Shown: positions 27,488 through 41,000 of the stretch, piece by piece
How the letters are laid out: every line of letters begins with the position of its first letter
How positions within the stretch are numbered: position 1 is the first letter of the stretch
NCBI RefSeq assembly: GCF_009834535.1
Contig: NC_045696.1
Coordinates: forward strand, 54,624,001-54,688,000
Reading direction: 5' to 3'
Source: Camelus ferus
Lineage: Eukaryota
DNA: 64,000 nucleotides
Notes under the pieces: model-generated
What the model was told of the DNA's origin: nothing
The model's input: only the letters and a program-made list of their open reading frames with translations
The model's database searches: none
Made by a program: the position numbers and the translations under genes

Positions 27488-27619
27488 GGTTTTGTTTTGT
27501 TTTTTATTTTTTGGTTTTTTTTACCGAGTTTCCCAGGGTATGTGTTATCTTGCTTTTACTTCTTAGGGTGTTACCATTTCAGAGCATTCTGGCCTGATTT
27601 GCTACTCCAAGTATCACGT

Positions 27620-29685
27620 TCAGTTCTGATAGACAACTTTTCTGGGTAAAATATTCTTGGTTGCCAGTTTTTTTGTTTTTTGTTTTTCCTTCCTTTCAGT
27701 GCTTTGACTGTATCTCTCCAATAACCTTCTGGCCTGCAAGGTTTCAACTCAAAAATCTGCTGACAGTCTTATAAGAGTTCCTTTATATGTAACAAGTTGC
27801 TTTTCTCTTATCATTTTAAGATCTACATTTTAACTTTTGGCAATTTAATTATAATGTGTCTAGGTATGGGTATCTTTTGATTCATCTTTTTTGGTAACTT
27901 ATACTTCCTGGATCTGAAAGCCAGGTAAGGAAAGTTTTTAGCCAGTATTTCTTGAATAAGTTTTCTGCCTTCTTTCTCTCTCTTCTCCTTCTGAGACCCC
28001 TCTAATATGTATACTGGTCCATCTAATGATGTCCAATAAGTTGCTTAAGCTATCTCTACTCTGTTTCATTTTTCCCTCCTCTAATTAGATGAGTTCCAAA
28101 GTCCTGTCTTCAAGTACACTAATCCTTTTTTCCACATAATGTAATCTGTTGATGAATCTCTCTATTGCATTTTCAGTTCAGGTATTCTTTAGCTGTATGA
28201 TTTCTGTTTGATACTTTAAAAATATTTTCTATTACTCTGTTGAAATTCTCACTTTGTTTTTGCACTGATCTCCTGACCTCAGAGAACATCCTTATGACCA
28301 TTATTTTGAACTCCCCACTGGGCAACTCACTTATTGCTGTTTCATTAGGATGGGTTTCTTGCAATTTATGTTGCTCTTTCATTGAAACATATTCTCCTGT
28401 TTCTTAATTTTCCTTGATTCTATGTGTTGGTTTCTGTGCATTGGATAAAACAGTCACCTCTCCCAGTCTTGACAGACTGATCCCATGGAGATGAACCTTG
28501 TCAATCAGCCTAACCCAAGCTCCTGGTTGCCTCTCAAACCTTTTTGATTATCTAAGCCACTGCCTTTGTTATTAATGGGTCCCAGTAGTTGAGGATATGC
28601 CAAGACCCATCAGTATCCCAAAGAATGGAAAATGCCCATACACCTGTCCAGTGTTTCTGAAGACTACTAATTGACCACCCCTTCAGCATCCCAATGCTGG
28701 CTAACTGGAAACCCAACATTCAGGCAGCAGATGGGAAAGTCAGAATATTAGATAAGCAGTCTAGCGCTTATCAGTGAAAAGCCAGCAGCTAGCTGGCTGT
28801 TTTTTCTCACTCATTCTGTGCTAAGCCAAAGAGAATCATCACTAAGAGAGCTTGTGTGCCCAAACAGATCAACCATTTTGTTTTGTGTGGTCCTGGGGAC
28901 TGAATGCGAAGCCCCAACAGCTTCCAAAGCTAGATGATATGGGAGTGAGTTCCTTGGGTAGTGGCCATAACAGTTGGGATGCTAGATGTGATAACAAGTT
29001 CCCTTCCAGGGGGAAGCTGGAAACTTATTTTTATTGCTGGAGTGAGCCAGAGTGAGAATGAGGGAAAGTTCCCACCAGCTCATTCAGGATGCTGAGAGGA
29101 TCACAGTCAGCACCTAGATACAGGTTGATGAGAAGCTAGACCCATAGGCAGCAGCTGGGAATTTACACAGGCAGACCCCTTCTAGGCAGAAACTGGGAGA
29201 CAGTGTTTTTTCCTGCTCCCTCTGTGCTGAGCCTGGGTGTATAGCCATGGGAGTTTCTCCTACACCTATTTTAAATCTGCTTTGTTTACTATAATACTGT
29301 TAGATGTGTGAATGCAAGCCCCACTGATTTGCAGAACTAGATGATTAAGGGGTTCCATCCCTCAAGCGGTAGCTTTCAAAGCTGGGGTGCTAGACATGTG
29401 GTCCAAACCCTTTGCTCCCCAGGGAGAAACTAGGAGTTGGTGGTTCCCTCTTGATTTTATGGTGCTATGCTAGGGGCAGGGTTTATGGTAAGACTATGTC
29501 TCAGCTTTTGCTATCCATTTTGATTTGGGTATTTTTCAGTTGCCTCATGTATAGAAATAATTTAATTAGCATTTGTATTTCTATTAGAGGGAACTGATCA
29601 ATTTGTAGCTGCATATTTAGTGTGTCCATGGTTGGAGGGAAATTCAGGAGTCTTCTATGTTACCATCTTGGTCTAGAGTCTCCCT
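27620..29685 (-). mobile_element. Old L1 retaining its 5' end, 5'UTR and most of ORF1, lacking ORF2 and the 3' end
   Basis: The reverse strand gives ORF1p motifs (QPRIFYP; TYKGTLIRLSADF.VETLQARR; ORF 28173-28382 ELPSGEFKIMVIRMFSE). An L1M-type 5' terminus 'ccaagatggtaacatagaagactcctgaatttccctc' lies at about 29640-29672. Confidence 0.9.
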
Positions 29686-29914
29686 AGAGTGAGATAACTT
29701 TAAAGCATGTGTTCTATACTGCCTTCTAAAGTTTCTCAGCAGGATTAAGCATCAGTTACCCACAGTGGTAATTTGCTTGAAAACGTGCCTTTTATTGGCC
29801 AAATTTCCTTCCCTGTTTTACTTCCCTATTTCCCTGTTGGCATTTTTCCCCTCCCCAAACTTTCATTTCCATTCTCATCTTAAGGTCCTCTTCTAAAAAC
29901 ACCCAAACCAAGAC
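29686..29914 (+). mobile_element. ERVL-class LTR 3' part (LTR16/LTR33-like)
   Basis: 'cagttacccacagtggtaatttgcttgaaaacgtgccttttattggc...ccttccctgt...acccaaaccaagaca' matches the LTR16/LTR33 3' end. Confidence 0.8.
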
Positions 29915-30508
29915 ACAAACTCTTATTTGACCACATAGTCAGATTTCCTTTGAGTTGGTAACTATGTCCCGACTCTAACCACATTATTTCTACCCTGGTT
30001 TACATTTTCTGCATCTGTTGCCAAAGCCTCTCCAGAGGGCCTGTATTTATGTCTTTCTTTCTAAATCCAACCTACGTCAAATCCATCCTCTACATTGTCA
30101 AAGACTAAGGTCTTTAAAAAGCAGATCTACCTATGTCAACTGCTCAAATACAATACTCCAGAGTCTCACATCACCTGCAAGGCAAAGCTCAAACTTCTAT
30201 CACGGAAAGTGAGATCCACTGCAATCTGGTTCCACTCACTTTTAGCCTCACTTTTCCCACCTCCCATTTATCTTCCAGTAATACCAATTAAATCATGCTC
30301 TCACTTTCTCACCCTTCTCTCCCAGCCTATGTATACAGATATCTACATCTCACCACTGTCCCAGATTTTACAGAAAGCTTCTTTTCCTCTCCTGAACCTA
30401 CGTAAAGCCTACCTCCCTTTCCATCTCAGCTCAACATATCCTCAATTCAAAAAAACATTTTCTAACCTTCCAACGGGACTGAAAAGTTCACATGCTCTCA
30501 TATTACTG

Positions 30509-30597
<89 letters not shown>

Positions 30598-31170
30598 TAT
30601 ATATTTCTTCCACAGATAATAATTTCCTATTTATGCCAGGATCATTGCAACTACCTCTTTATAGATATTCATGCCTTGAATTTCTTCCTCTTTGGAATCC
30701 AAATGATGTAACTCTACTAATGTTAATCTTCTGAAGGAAAGTTAACAGAAAGCCCCAGCCAAACTGGCTATCTAAACCCATGTGTAATCACTCCATTCTG
30801 ATGTTTTGTTCAAGTCAGATCAAATTAAATTACCTTCCTCAATGTCATACTGCAAGGCTCTTGTATGTTACTATACTCTTGTACATGCCACTGACAGCAG
30901 TGAATCTACCTTCCCACTAATAAATCAAGTTTTCTCTCAAACATCACTGCTCTATGGTACTTTCTCCAATACCCACCCTCCCCACTTGTTAGCAATTCCA
31001 TCTACTGGGTTATCTTAGCACTTGGCAAAAATTCCCTTTATAATACTCATCACATTTCCCTGTAATTATTTGTAAGTGCCTTAAGGGCTGTTCTTTCTCT
31101 TCTTAGCTCAGTATCTGATACTCAGTAAATGTTCAATAGGGAACTGTTGAGAATGAATAAATGAATGAGT
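29915..31170 (+). mobile_element. L2 LINE, right part(s) to 3' tail
   Basis: 'caaatccatcctctacattgtc', 'aaagctcaaacttct', and tail 'ctcagtaaatgttc...tgttgagaatgaataaatgaatgag'. Confidence 0.7.
30515..30596. repeat. Compound microsatellite (TC)30(TA)11
   Basis: Counted directly: TC at 30515-30574, TA at 30575-30596. Confidence 0.97.
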
Positions 31171-33010
31171 AAATTAGGGGAAGAAATAACTATTTGTTAA
31201 TGAAGATCACGACAATCACAGGGAAGCAAACAGTTTCACTCACAATGTGGCTGAGACTAGAGCATTTTTGGCCTTCCTAGTGATAGCACAATTCTTACCT
31301 TTAAAACTTGAAGGTAAACTTGAAAACAAAAGATAGTAAAGAAGAAACTGAGGCTAGAAATGAAGTACAGGAGGAAACACAGAGTTGGGGGGAAAGGCAA
31401 GTAAAATAGAGAAGGGGAGAGAGAGAGGCAGATACTTGCAAGTTGCACCCTCATCAATTCTCACCTTCTATATCTGAGGAGTCAGCTGCTTATAGTGATA
31501 GTGTAATTAAGTCCCGTACATAGGAACCTCACACACTGCTTCAACTCAGAATGCACATGATTGCAATAATTCGAGCAATGGGAGAGTAAACCTCATTTCC
31601 TGTTGAAAGTACTTTCATATCACATCATGCCTTCCCTATTGCCACAGGGATTTAAACTACCAGCCAAGAGAATCTTCACATTGTGTTAAAGCACAGAAAA
31701 AGATACAGGGAAAGGCATTAACAAAATTAAGCCTCCAGGGTCTCAGGTGGAAGGAGTATTATCTAAAATAAAGCTAACTATTTAATGGACTAAAGCCACT
31801 GCTGGTCACTGCAGTGGCCGGATGGATAGAAATGTATCCTATTCCCTCCTTTGGGTGGGGTTTCATGTTCTGAACATCTGTCTGCTCTAAGCAAGAATAT
31901 GTTCCGATGCTATTCAGTTACACAGCTCTAACCAGAGCTAGAAATTCAGTTTAAAAAAAAAAAACAATCATTTAGGCTCTACAGCAACGAGTGTTGGGGA
32001 TTAGGGGGGAAAAAAACAGATCACTCAGGAAATAGACATAAGACGCAGATTTAATTCAAATCCTGACTCTTAGAGCCAATCTGAAGCCAAATGGTAGAAA
32101 GCTATGAAACTGTGTAGTATGCTAATAACTGGACCACAGTGAAATGGTATAGTTACTCTTCTCACTCTATACCCCCCAGTCCTTATAATTCACTACTTTC
32201 CCTCCAAATGAAAAGTCTAAAGTACAATAGTCAAACACTGGAGATATCTAACCCCTCTCTGGCAAGTTCTGAGGTTGTCTTCTCTCAGTGGGATTTCTCT
32301 CTCTCACAGTTTTCCCATTAAGCATAGGTCAACAATCTTGTAAGATATAAGAACATCTGTCTAATAACGTTCATTAATCAAACAGGAAGACCACCATTTC
32401 CCCATTCCCTTGAGTGACATGTTTTTGCTCCACTCCATGGCCCACTTCCTCATCTCCCTTCTGCTGTCTTTCTGTTTCTCTATCCTATTATAAAAACAAA
32501 AATTTCCTCAGAGCCATCAAACACATCACACCTTGGTAGCAGCTTTAACAAGGATGTTTTTTAAAAGGCAATGTCTGAATATGACAAATGACATTAGCCC
32601 CATCTTTGGCAGGGTCACAGCCAAAGTGGAGCCTGATATTTACAGTATGCTTTATAAAACCACAAACATAGTCTTAAGTCCCATGGGATGTCATGTCACA
32701 CAAAACATATGCAATTAATCTTTTATTGTGACATTTATCACCTTTCTCCTCAGGCAAGGATCTCCCTGGGATGATTAAGTAGCCATGGCTGAAGCTGCCA
32801 CCTATTAGCAATAGTCACATGTGTGTTGCAGGGTTTGGCACCAGTGCAACACCCTATTAGAAGCAGCAGTGCCATAAAGTAGTGAGCCTCAAAAAAAGGC
32901 TCCAACTTAACAGGTCACATAGCATAATCTTTCCCCACTGGAATAAAACATTCAGTGGTTGGAAGAGATGCTGGCCTTGGGGAACTGACTGCTGTTAGTT
33001 TTAAGCATTA

Positions 33011-33086
33011 TATGAATTTGCCTTAATTTAGATCTAGCATGACCATTTTATAAATTTGCCTTAATTTAGCTTTAGCATGACCATTT
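33011..33086. repeat. 38-bp tandem duplication, 2 copies, 35/38 identical
   Basis: tatgaatttgccttaatttagatctagcatgaccattt followed by tataaatttgccttaatttagctttagcatgaccattt. Confidence 0.92.
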
Positions 33087-33536
33087 ATTTCAAGACCTGA
33101 ATACACTGAAATTGCAGGAGTAGAAGTTTCAAAACTGGAAACTAGGTTTTAATCTCTGCAACTACCTGAATCAAGGCTGTGGTAACAAAATAATTTGAAC
33201 AAATACAATGTATTGAAAAATAGTAAAAGCTAATTTCTACCATCAGTTAATATTTATATAGCCATATCCAAGATTCCAATTCCATGTCCAACTAATTCCT
33301 CTGACTAGTGCCCAAGCAGAGGCCCAGAGTCAGACACTTGAATGTTCCAAGCGACTCTGTCCAGCATTATGAAGACCACATAATTGAGGGCTGACTTCCA
33401 TTTCTCAAGTTCATTATAGGATGGAAAATATGACTACAATCTGTATTTGTAACCTTCCTTATCCCTCATAATTTGAGACCCAGGTAGAATGAATCGTCTC
33501 TGAAAATTCCACAGGTGTTATCGCTCTCTTCTAGAT

Positions 33537-33748
33537 CAATGGTTATCCATTCAACAGGGCAGTTTTGACCCCTCAGGGAACATTCTGCAATCTTCAGAGG
33601 CATTTTTGGTTATCATAATTGGAGGGATACTGCTGGCATCTCACTGGGCTATGGATGGTGCCAAGCATACAACAGACAGGAAATGCTCCTCAACAAAGAA
33701 TTATCCATCTGTCTCAAAATGTCAATAGTGGGAGGGTGAGAAACCCTG
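33537..33748 (+). mobile_element. MER20 (hAT-Charlie DNA transposon), near full length
   Basis: 'caatggttatcc...catttttggttatcataattggagggatactgctggcatct...caacaaagaattatcc...caaaatgtcaatagtgggagggtgagaaaccctg'. The left flank ttctagat fits the Charlie target preference. Confidence 0.9.
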
Positions 33749-36726
33749 TTGTATATGATAACAGCTTTTGTAACTTCTTTATGGAATTTAACTCTTTATT
33801 TGCTTGCACAAAATATTGAATAGTCACAGAGGTTAAAGAGTGAGTTATACAATTCTGTTTTCTACATCCCTTTCCTCAAAAATTATTAATAATTTCAGGT
33901 ACATAGTAAGTGTTCACAAATGTTGGGGGTGGGTTAAAAGATAATCATTCCACTAACACTTGACTTTTCAGGGTAAATCCTGAATGCATATTGGAAGAGC
34001 CGTGTAGAACAATGGCTGTATCACAGAATTCCATAAATTTTGGAGGTGGAGAACATATTAAAGAAAGAACAATCTCATTTAAAGACATGAATGATGAGGG
34101 CAAGAGAAGTCAAGTGAACTGGTTAAGATCACAGAGTAAGTACTACTTCTTGGTCCTCAGACTGGGATATATCTCAAATAATAGCCAAAGCCATTTAAGA
34201 AAATCATCAAGAAAAGAAAGCATCTCTTTAAAAAGTAAAATTTATCTTTTCCCGAGAGAATGAAATCTTCCTCATGACATGCGTTAAGTGCATGAATTGG
34301 TTTTTGTTTTTTTAATCATAAACATGCTATGCGTCAGTGCTTCCTCTAATCATACTGACAGTGGCGATCAATGCCTTTTACAGAGATTTGTGGAAACCAC
34401 AAAGAATCAAACGTTGCTACTATGGAGATAAATGTCCTTGAAGGCTCTCAGCCTTAGCTCACCACTAAATGCCTCCTTGGAGGATGTTTTATTTTATCCC
34501 CATGTTATTACTGGAACGGGGCAGTGGTTCAGAACTGACTTAGAAAAGTATCCAAGGTTGTACGTCAGGACCTCAGTTTATGAATCATATGAAAGACAGC
34601 TCTATCTTGAATTCTTTTTCTTATCACCTCTTGTCCCAGTCCTGGTGATTCTTCACCCAATTACTTCACAATCTCTCTTAAATGACACAGCAGGAAATTC
34701 TTTAATTATTACACATACACAGACACATGATTTGAAATTTGACCCAGACTGTGTTCTCTGTAGTAATCAAGGTCTATGCCTCTTAATTCACCCACCTCTG
34801 TCAATAACTAGTTCACAACTCCTAATAAAATCACTTCTTAATTCTATAAAATTCTTATGATGTCACATGGATGTGTGCACGAGCAGAAGACACCAAAAAG
34901 CTTTAAGTGCTTCACTTCCAAAGGGATTGTCTGTTGCTGGATCTTCAACAGCTTGTGCTCAGCTGAGAGAAACCAAGCAGAAGGGAATGCCACACTAGCC
35001 CAAGATTTAGGCAAGATGCACTCTGGGCCAATAAATAAACACAGTCCCAAATAATGGAGCAAGAATAAACCTCCTGTTTTGACACAATTATTCTGTCTCC
35101 AGATCTCTCTTCAATTAGTATACCAGGGACCTCCCAAGTTACATGAGGAGACAGATCTCCATTAGTCTTTCATTGCACTTGTAGGCAAAAAAGATAGGGA
35201 GGTATATTTTCTTGCCCAAAGGAGAACATTTATATCCTCAAACTGGCTACTGATCCATGTGCCAGAGTACTGCGTTGCAGACTACATTTCCACACCTTGA
35301 ACCCATCACATAGTCTTCTATTTAACCCACTCTTCTCTCACAGAAGATAAAATCCTCACATAAATATTAATGAGTGTTAGACCCAGGAGTGGAAAGGTAT
35401 GAATCTGTCAGCATTTCATAATGATTTCACTTCTCTCCTTCAAAAGCCACAATTAAATCCCAGAGGGAAAATTATCTTTTGTGGATAAAGCAAATAGTGG
35501 GTTTTTAATATATGCACAGATTCATAATGATATTACTATTATTAATAGCGACAATAATGAATAAATTTGCTACTAGAAAATAAGTAGGTAGTCCAGATTT
35601 TATAATCCCATTAAACATCCCTGTATTTTATATGTTGCATATTATTTTTTCTTTATGAGATGACCTGAGTCACATATGCACTTTTATAGCTTCCTAGAGA
35701 TACAAGAAAATGAAGCTATTACTTTTCATTTCCTATCACATGCAGTATGTATAAGAATATACATATGTACAAAAAAAAAAAAACCCTTTCTTTTGCTTTA
35801 GTAATTTGATCTGAAGAGTTGAGGTTATTTTCCATTTGATTTTATTCAAAAAAGTCATATTCTCTTCCAGAGACATTTAAATAAAAAGGAAATCAATTAG
35901 TCACCAATATCACCCACCAAAATAAAACTACCTATAAATAGTATTCTGTATCCTAAATGACTTCTGTCACTGAGCACTCCAAATAGGGGAGTCTAAAAGT
36001 AATAGCAATCAATGTCACAAGACTGCAGAATACTGAAGTCAGTGTAAGTATGACCCATCAACTTGCTGAGAGTATTCAAAAGATGTAAGTGGACATATCA
36101 CTTTGATATCATTCCCCAAAACACCTTTAATAATCTACTAAAAACCTCCCTTAGTATATATGAGACAATCAGAGGAGAGATGAGGACAGGGAGAGAACAG
36201 TATAACAAAAACAAGAGTATCAGGAAGAAGACAAAATAGAAAAGGAACACAATTATATTGATACTTGACATTTAAAAAGAGACAGGTATACATTATCTCA
36301 AAGGCACTGAAGAAGTCAACTGACTGACTGGTTGATATTGTGCCCAAACATATAAATTTGCTAACCACCCAGTTGTTTTATTATTGCATATGCAGTCAAA
36401 GAGCACAGAAGAACAAACACATTTTTGATCATATTGGACTTGATGAAAAACTTACTGTAAAATTTTTCTATTTTTAGTTATTCTCACACTTCCTAAGCCA
36501 ACAGGGTCAGGTAGGTTTTGGCCTTTTGGCCTTTCACTACACATGATAAGTAGTTCTTGGTGTTGTCTACTAACATGAATATGTGGACTAAATCAAGGGT
36601 CAGCACTTGAGAGGGCTCATGGAAATACATTGGCAGTTCCAAGGCAATGTTCAAGGCTAGGAAAGTTCAGAGGTCCTCAAGTGCCACCATGATAACCTTT
36701 CATCTTCCTAGTTGGTACTTGATTCT

Positions 36727-36893
36727 AGTAAGTTTCAAAATTTATTTATCTGGAGAGCTTTTTCAAGTACAGATTGCTAGGGCCACTCCAAGACTTTCTG
36801 ACTTAGTAGTTCTTGAGTGGCCCAAGAATCTGCATTTCAAAGGAGTTCTTAGTTAACACCCATGCTTCTGTTCAAGAACTATACTTTGCACTG
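36727..36893. mobile_element. MER5A-like hAT MITE
   Basis: 'atctggagagctttttcaagtacagattgctagggccactccaagactttctgacttagtag...ggcccaagaatctgcatttc'. Confidence 0.8.
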
Positions 36894-38084
36894 TTCTATT
36901 AAATTACATGCAGATGTCCAAAATGATATGGTCATGGGTTCTAAAATAATTAAATCCTATCTCTACCTTAAAAAAAAATACCATCACCATCTGGGATTGA
37001 AAATTAAACATGTAATGAGTTAAATTTTCTCAGCTTGATATCAAACATTCACATGGATAAAACTATTTAAATTCATGGATATAGTTAGCCACAATAGGAT
37101 ATGGTCTACTCTACAGCCATGGATTTCTGTTGAAGAACATTTAATTTCCCTGACATATAGAAGAAAATATGGGGTATAGCCTCATCGTGTATGTCAGTCT
37201 CTTTTTATCTTAAAGAAATATTACGATCCAGTGTGTAAAGGAATAAATTAGAGATTTGACATCATTTGGCTCTTAATTTTAACAGTTTTGCAAAGCCTAT
37301 CTTCCAAGGGTATTTCATTCAAAAAATATTTCCATAAGCATCAACCTGTAAAATGCCAACTGTGTACATGGTCTTTTGTCAAGCCCTTTGAGAGATAAAA
37401 AAAAAAAAAGATTCAAGTCTCTCACTTAGAGGAAAATCACTCATACAAACTTACAGAATATCACAACATACAATAAGGTAAAAGATAAAATTGTAACTAC
37501 ACAAGAGGATTCAGGAACCATAAAATAGATATGATAAAAAGTGTTGGTAGCTTATCTTTTTAGAAGAATTCTGGCTTTTTTATTTTATAGAAGAGTGGTC
37601 ATCTCTGCTGTTGAAATAAATTTTTAGGCATAAGATGGAGTTGCCCATGTCTGGGATACCACATCAGCAAACCAAAACTGAATTAACTTCCATGTCCTTC
37701 TTGACCAGAAGTTCAGTATGTTCAATCAGCCAATTCCCCAAAACCCAGCCAACTCTGGGTTCTCTACTTATTTCCTTGTCCCTTCTCACTCCAAACAAGG
37801 TTGACTATGTGGCCCCAGTCAATCTTTTCCTTGTCCTTTATTCTATAAAAGATTTCCACCTTCTGCCCCATTTAGCAGTTCTCCAAATGGAGACTATCTG
37901 CTTAATGAAATGTTAAATAAGGTTTGTTTGTATCACCTAAACTGTTTTCTTTAATCATTTTAACCACTTTTAACACCACCAAATTAATCAGATGTGGAAC
38001 TTATCATAAATACTCTCTATATTCCTCATTCTATTGAGTACAGTTATTTCTCTCTTCAGCCTTCCCTTCTAATAAAATTATCCC

Positions 38085-38640
38085 CATTCATTGGAAATTT
38101 CACTCAACCAATATGAACAGTTTTAGAAGATGGCACTTTGCTAGGCAACCGGGAACAAGATTGATCAGATCACATGGCATCTCCCTAAAGCTACTTACAG
38201 TCTAATGGGAGAGATGGAGAAGAGGCATTCATGCTTTGGTGTGGTAAATACTAGGGCCAGGGTGGACTTTTCAGTCATATATGGTAAGGTTTCTGAATGC
38301 CCTAATATCTGAGATAAGTCTTGAATTAAAAAAGGAGGGACCAGAGATCATGGGTGGAATGGAGCTATCTAGCAGAGGGAACAGCATGCCAAATGACCTC
38401 CAATCATGGTGGAACATACTGTGTTTGTTAAGAAAATTCAAGTTGTTCAGTAATGATTGAAGGGAAAAGGTGTGAAGAAATAATGAAAATAATTAGCCCA
38501 ACAGGAAGTTAGACCACAAAAGGGGAACTTCTCAAGTCATCTTAAGAAACTCAGGTTTAATACTAAGGCAACTGTAATCTACTCAAGTTTTTAGAAGAGA
38601 ATGGTAGGGTGAATTTTGTTTCAGCAGGAACAATCTGGCA
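38085..38640 (-). mobile_element. L2 LINE 3' fragment
   Basis: 'cattcatt...ggcactttgctaggc...cttacagtctaatgggagag...agcagagggaacagcatg' matches the L2 antisense pattern. Confidence 0.7.
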
Positions 38641-40799
38641 TGTCCTAAATTGTAACCATCACTTTAGTTCTCTGAATGTGCCATACCTTCTTCAGGTGCC
38701 TACATGAAGCAAGCAAACTAAAGTGGTGAGAAGAACTGGAAACTTAAACTAGTCATCCATGTGGTATGCTTTTATACAGTCAAACGTGCAGATGTTCAAT
38801 GTCCACTCATTGGCTGATTTTGTTTTTCTGTCTCTTGAGGTGTTTTGTGGAACAGAGCCTCTAATAAAAAGTCCCAAGACTAGCTACACTAGACCAGCCA
38901 AGGCCTGAGTCACGCTGACTATTTCAAAAGGGCTGCTCCCACTCATTTCTCACCATCACACATTTATTTTTCAGTGGTCCAAAAAAGGGAAATAGGCTGA
39001 CTGGTTGTCTCATCAATGTCCATTTTGGCGCCCTATAGATTTTTCTACCCACACTGCATGAAACTGTCTGGCTCCAATTTACAGTCTTATATTCAGAATT
39101 TCCTCTCTGCAGGATTATACTTTTTGTTCTTTCTGCATGTTATTCTAGTAGTTTCTGACCTCTGTGTAAATTCTCCATCATTAGGCATTTTCACCCTTGG
39201 CTTTAGGACATAGCTCCTCCAATGCCTCACTGTTTTGGCTTCTTATACTCGCTTCATTTTCTGGTTCTGCCACTGTTTCCTGTCTCTCACTTTCACCAAA
39301 TTAAATTCAATAGATGTCTTTTCTTAATGTTTGGACTTTGTACTCGAAATGTGATAATGGTATTTTGAGTACCAACCTTAGAAGTAAAGCAAAAAGGAAA
39401 CCAAAATTGTCTGAACTTTAATGTGGTTTCCCTTTTTTTGAAGAAAATTTAAAAATGAATACCTGGAATGTTCTATAATATCTTTGAAAAAAGCAATTTA
39501 ATCAAAAATCAGAGTGCTTCTAGTTAATTTAATTCCCTCCAGACCCACATTCCTTCCAAATTACACACTTCAAAACTACAGAGCCAAAGAACGTTAGATA
39601 CCCTCTAAGGATGCCTGAAGAGAAAGGGGAAAAGGTCCATGAAAGAAAATGAAAGTAAAGCTAATTTATGGGAGAAAAGGGAAAATACTGAGGAAGTTCA
39701 ATTAATCTGTGATTGATTTAATACTTAAGAACAATTGTTAAGGAAAAAGAAGCAATATTAGCATTTAATTCATTATTTAGAAGCTTCTGAAGGGAACATA
39801 TTATACAGTGCATCAACCCTAGAGCCCACATGAAAGATGGATTGAAACTCAATAGGAAGTTACTAGCTTGAAAATCTAGAGTATGCTACACCATAGGGAC
39901 ACTCTAATTAGAAGTTTAAAGACGTGGGAATAAAAATACTTAGGAGAGAAATGGTTATAGATTTTAAGTTGGTCAAAACTTTAGCTACCTGGACAGCCTG
40001 CAGTCATCGACAACTGGGTTTTATTTGAGATAACTGAAGAGTCTAGAGTGGCCCACTGCTACCTCTAAAATAGTAGACCTTCCAGGTCTTTGTTGCTGGA
40101 CAAAAGAATAACTCCATTCTATATAGATATTGCAGTATTTAAACAAGTCTAACCTGGGTTGTGGTTTCACAGGAACAACCAGAGTAATCAGAGAAATTCT
40201 TTGTCAAAGATACATTCTGTACAAGTGCCAGAGTAACTGACATACAAAATGATGAAATGGATCAAAATCAGGATGACAATTACCCTTTATAACTAGACGA
40301 GGTGTTATTCTAACAATTGCTGCTTTTGTCAGTTGTTTCTAATTAGGAAACCTTGTTCTCTGTATGTATATGTGAAGGTGTTAAAGCCTTCTATGCCCCA
40401 CCTGTAATATTTTGGCTTTACTTGTATTCAAGATCGAGCAAGGAGGAAAGAGAATAAACACATCTCTGCAAATTAGTGCTGAGTGGAATAATGTGCACGT
40501 ATGTATGTGTGCTCCACCACCCACACAAACTCACACCCAGGGGTTTTTACACGTGATTCTCTGCCTGCTACACTCTGTGGTTCCCCATGGCTCCCACAAC
40601 ATACGCTTATGTGCTCTGTGCGGTACCGTACATATGAGAAAATCCTTTCTCCAGGTTGTTCTAGTCTTACCTTCTGTCTCCTCATTTTGAAGTCATTACT
40701 GTGGCTCTGAAATTGTGCAGAGCTCTCTTCCTCTCTGGCTACATTAGGCTCACTGCCCAACTAGCCATCTTTGCTCTTAATAATAGCAGTCTCCAACCA

Positions 40800-41000
40800 C
40801 ATAATGATCCAGGCTCTGTTTAAAACACTTACATGCAATATTACTTACCATAATTACCAAATAAGTTAGTGCTATTTTTTCCACTTTTTCAGAAGTATAT
40901 TAAGTAACTACCTAAGTCCTAGACCTAGGAAGTAGTGAAACCAGGCTGTGTCATTAGTCTCTGCCTCCAGAATCCATATTCTAAACTCTGTGCTAATAAA
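40800..41000 (-). mobile_element. MIR SINE
   Basis: 'ccaggctctgtttaaaacacttacatgc...ttaagtaactacctaagtcc...gaagtagtgaaaccagg...gtctctgcctccagaatcc'. Confidence 0.7.

Noticed and set aside
28173..28382. ORF MKEQHKLQETHPNE...
   Set aside because: Fragment of decayed L1 ORF1, covered under the L1 call.
30095..30734. Longest ORFs here (174 aa and 80 aa) with poly-SL/IY tails
   Set aside because: They read through L2 sequence and the (TC)n(TA)n microsatellite; not genes.
32795..32811. CTCF-like gctgccacctattag
   Set aside because: Mismatches at core positions; not supportable without a PWM score.
34432..34860. 142-aa ATG ORF
   Set aside because: No recognisable homology, and composition is typical of chance AT-rich frames; a BLASTp would settle it.
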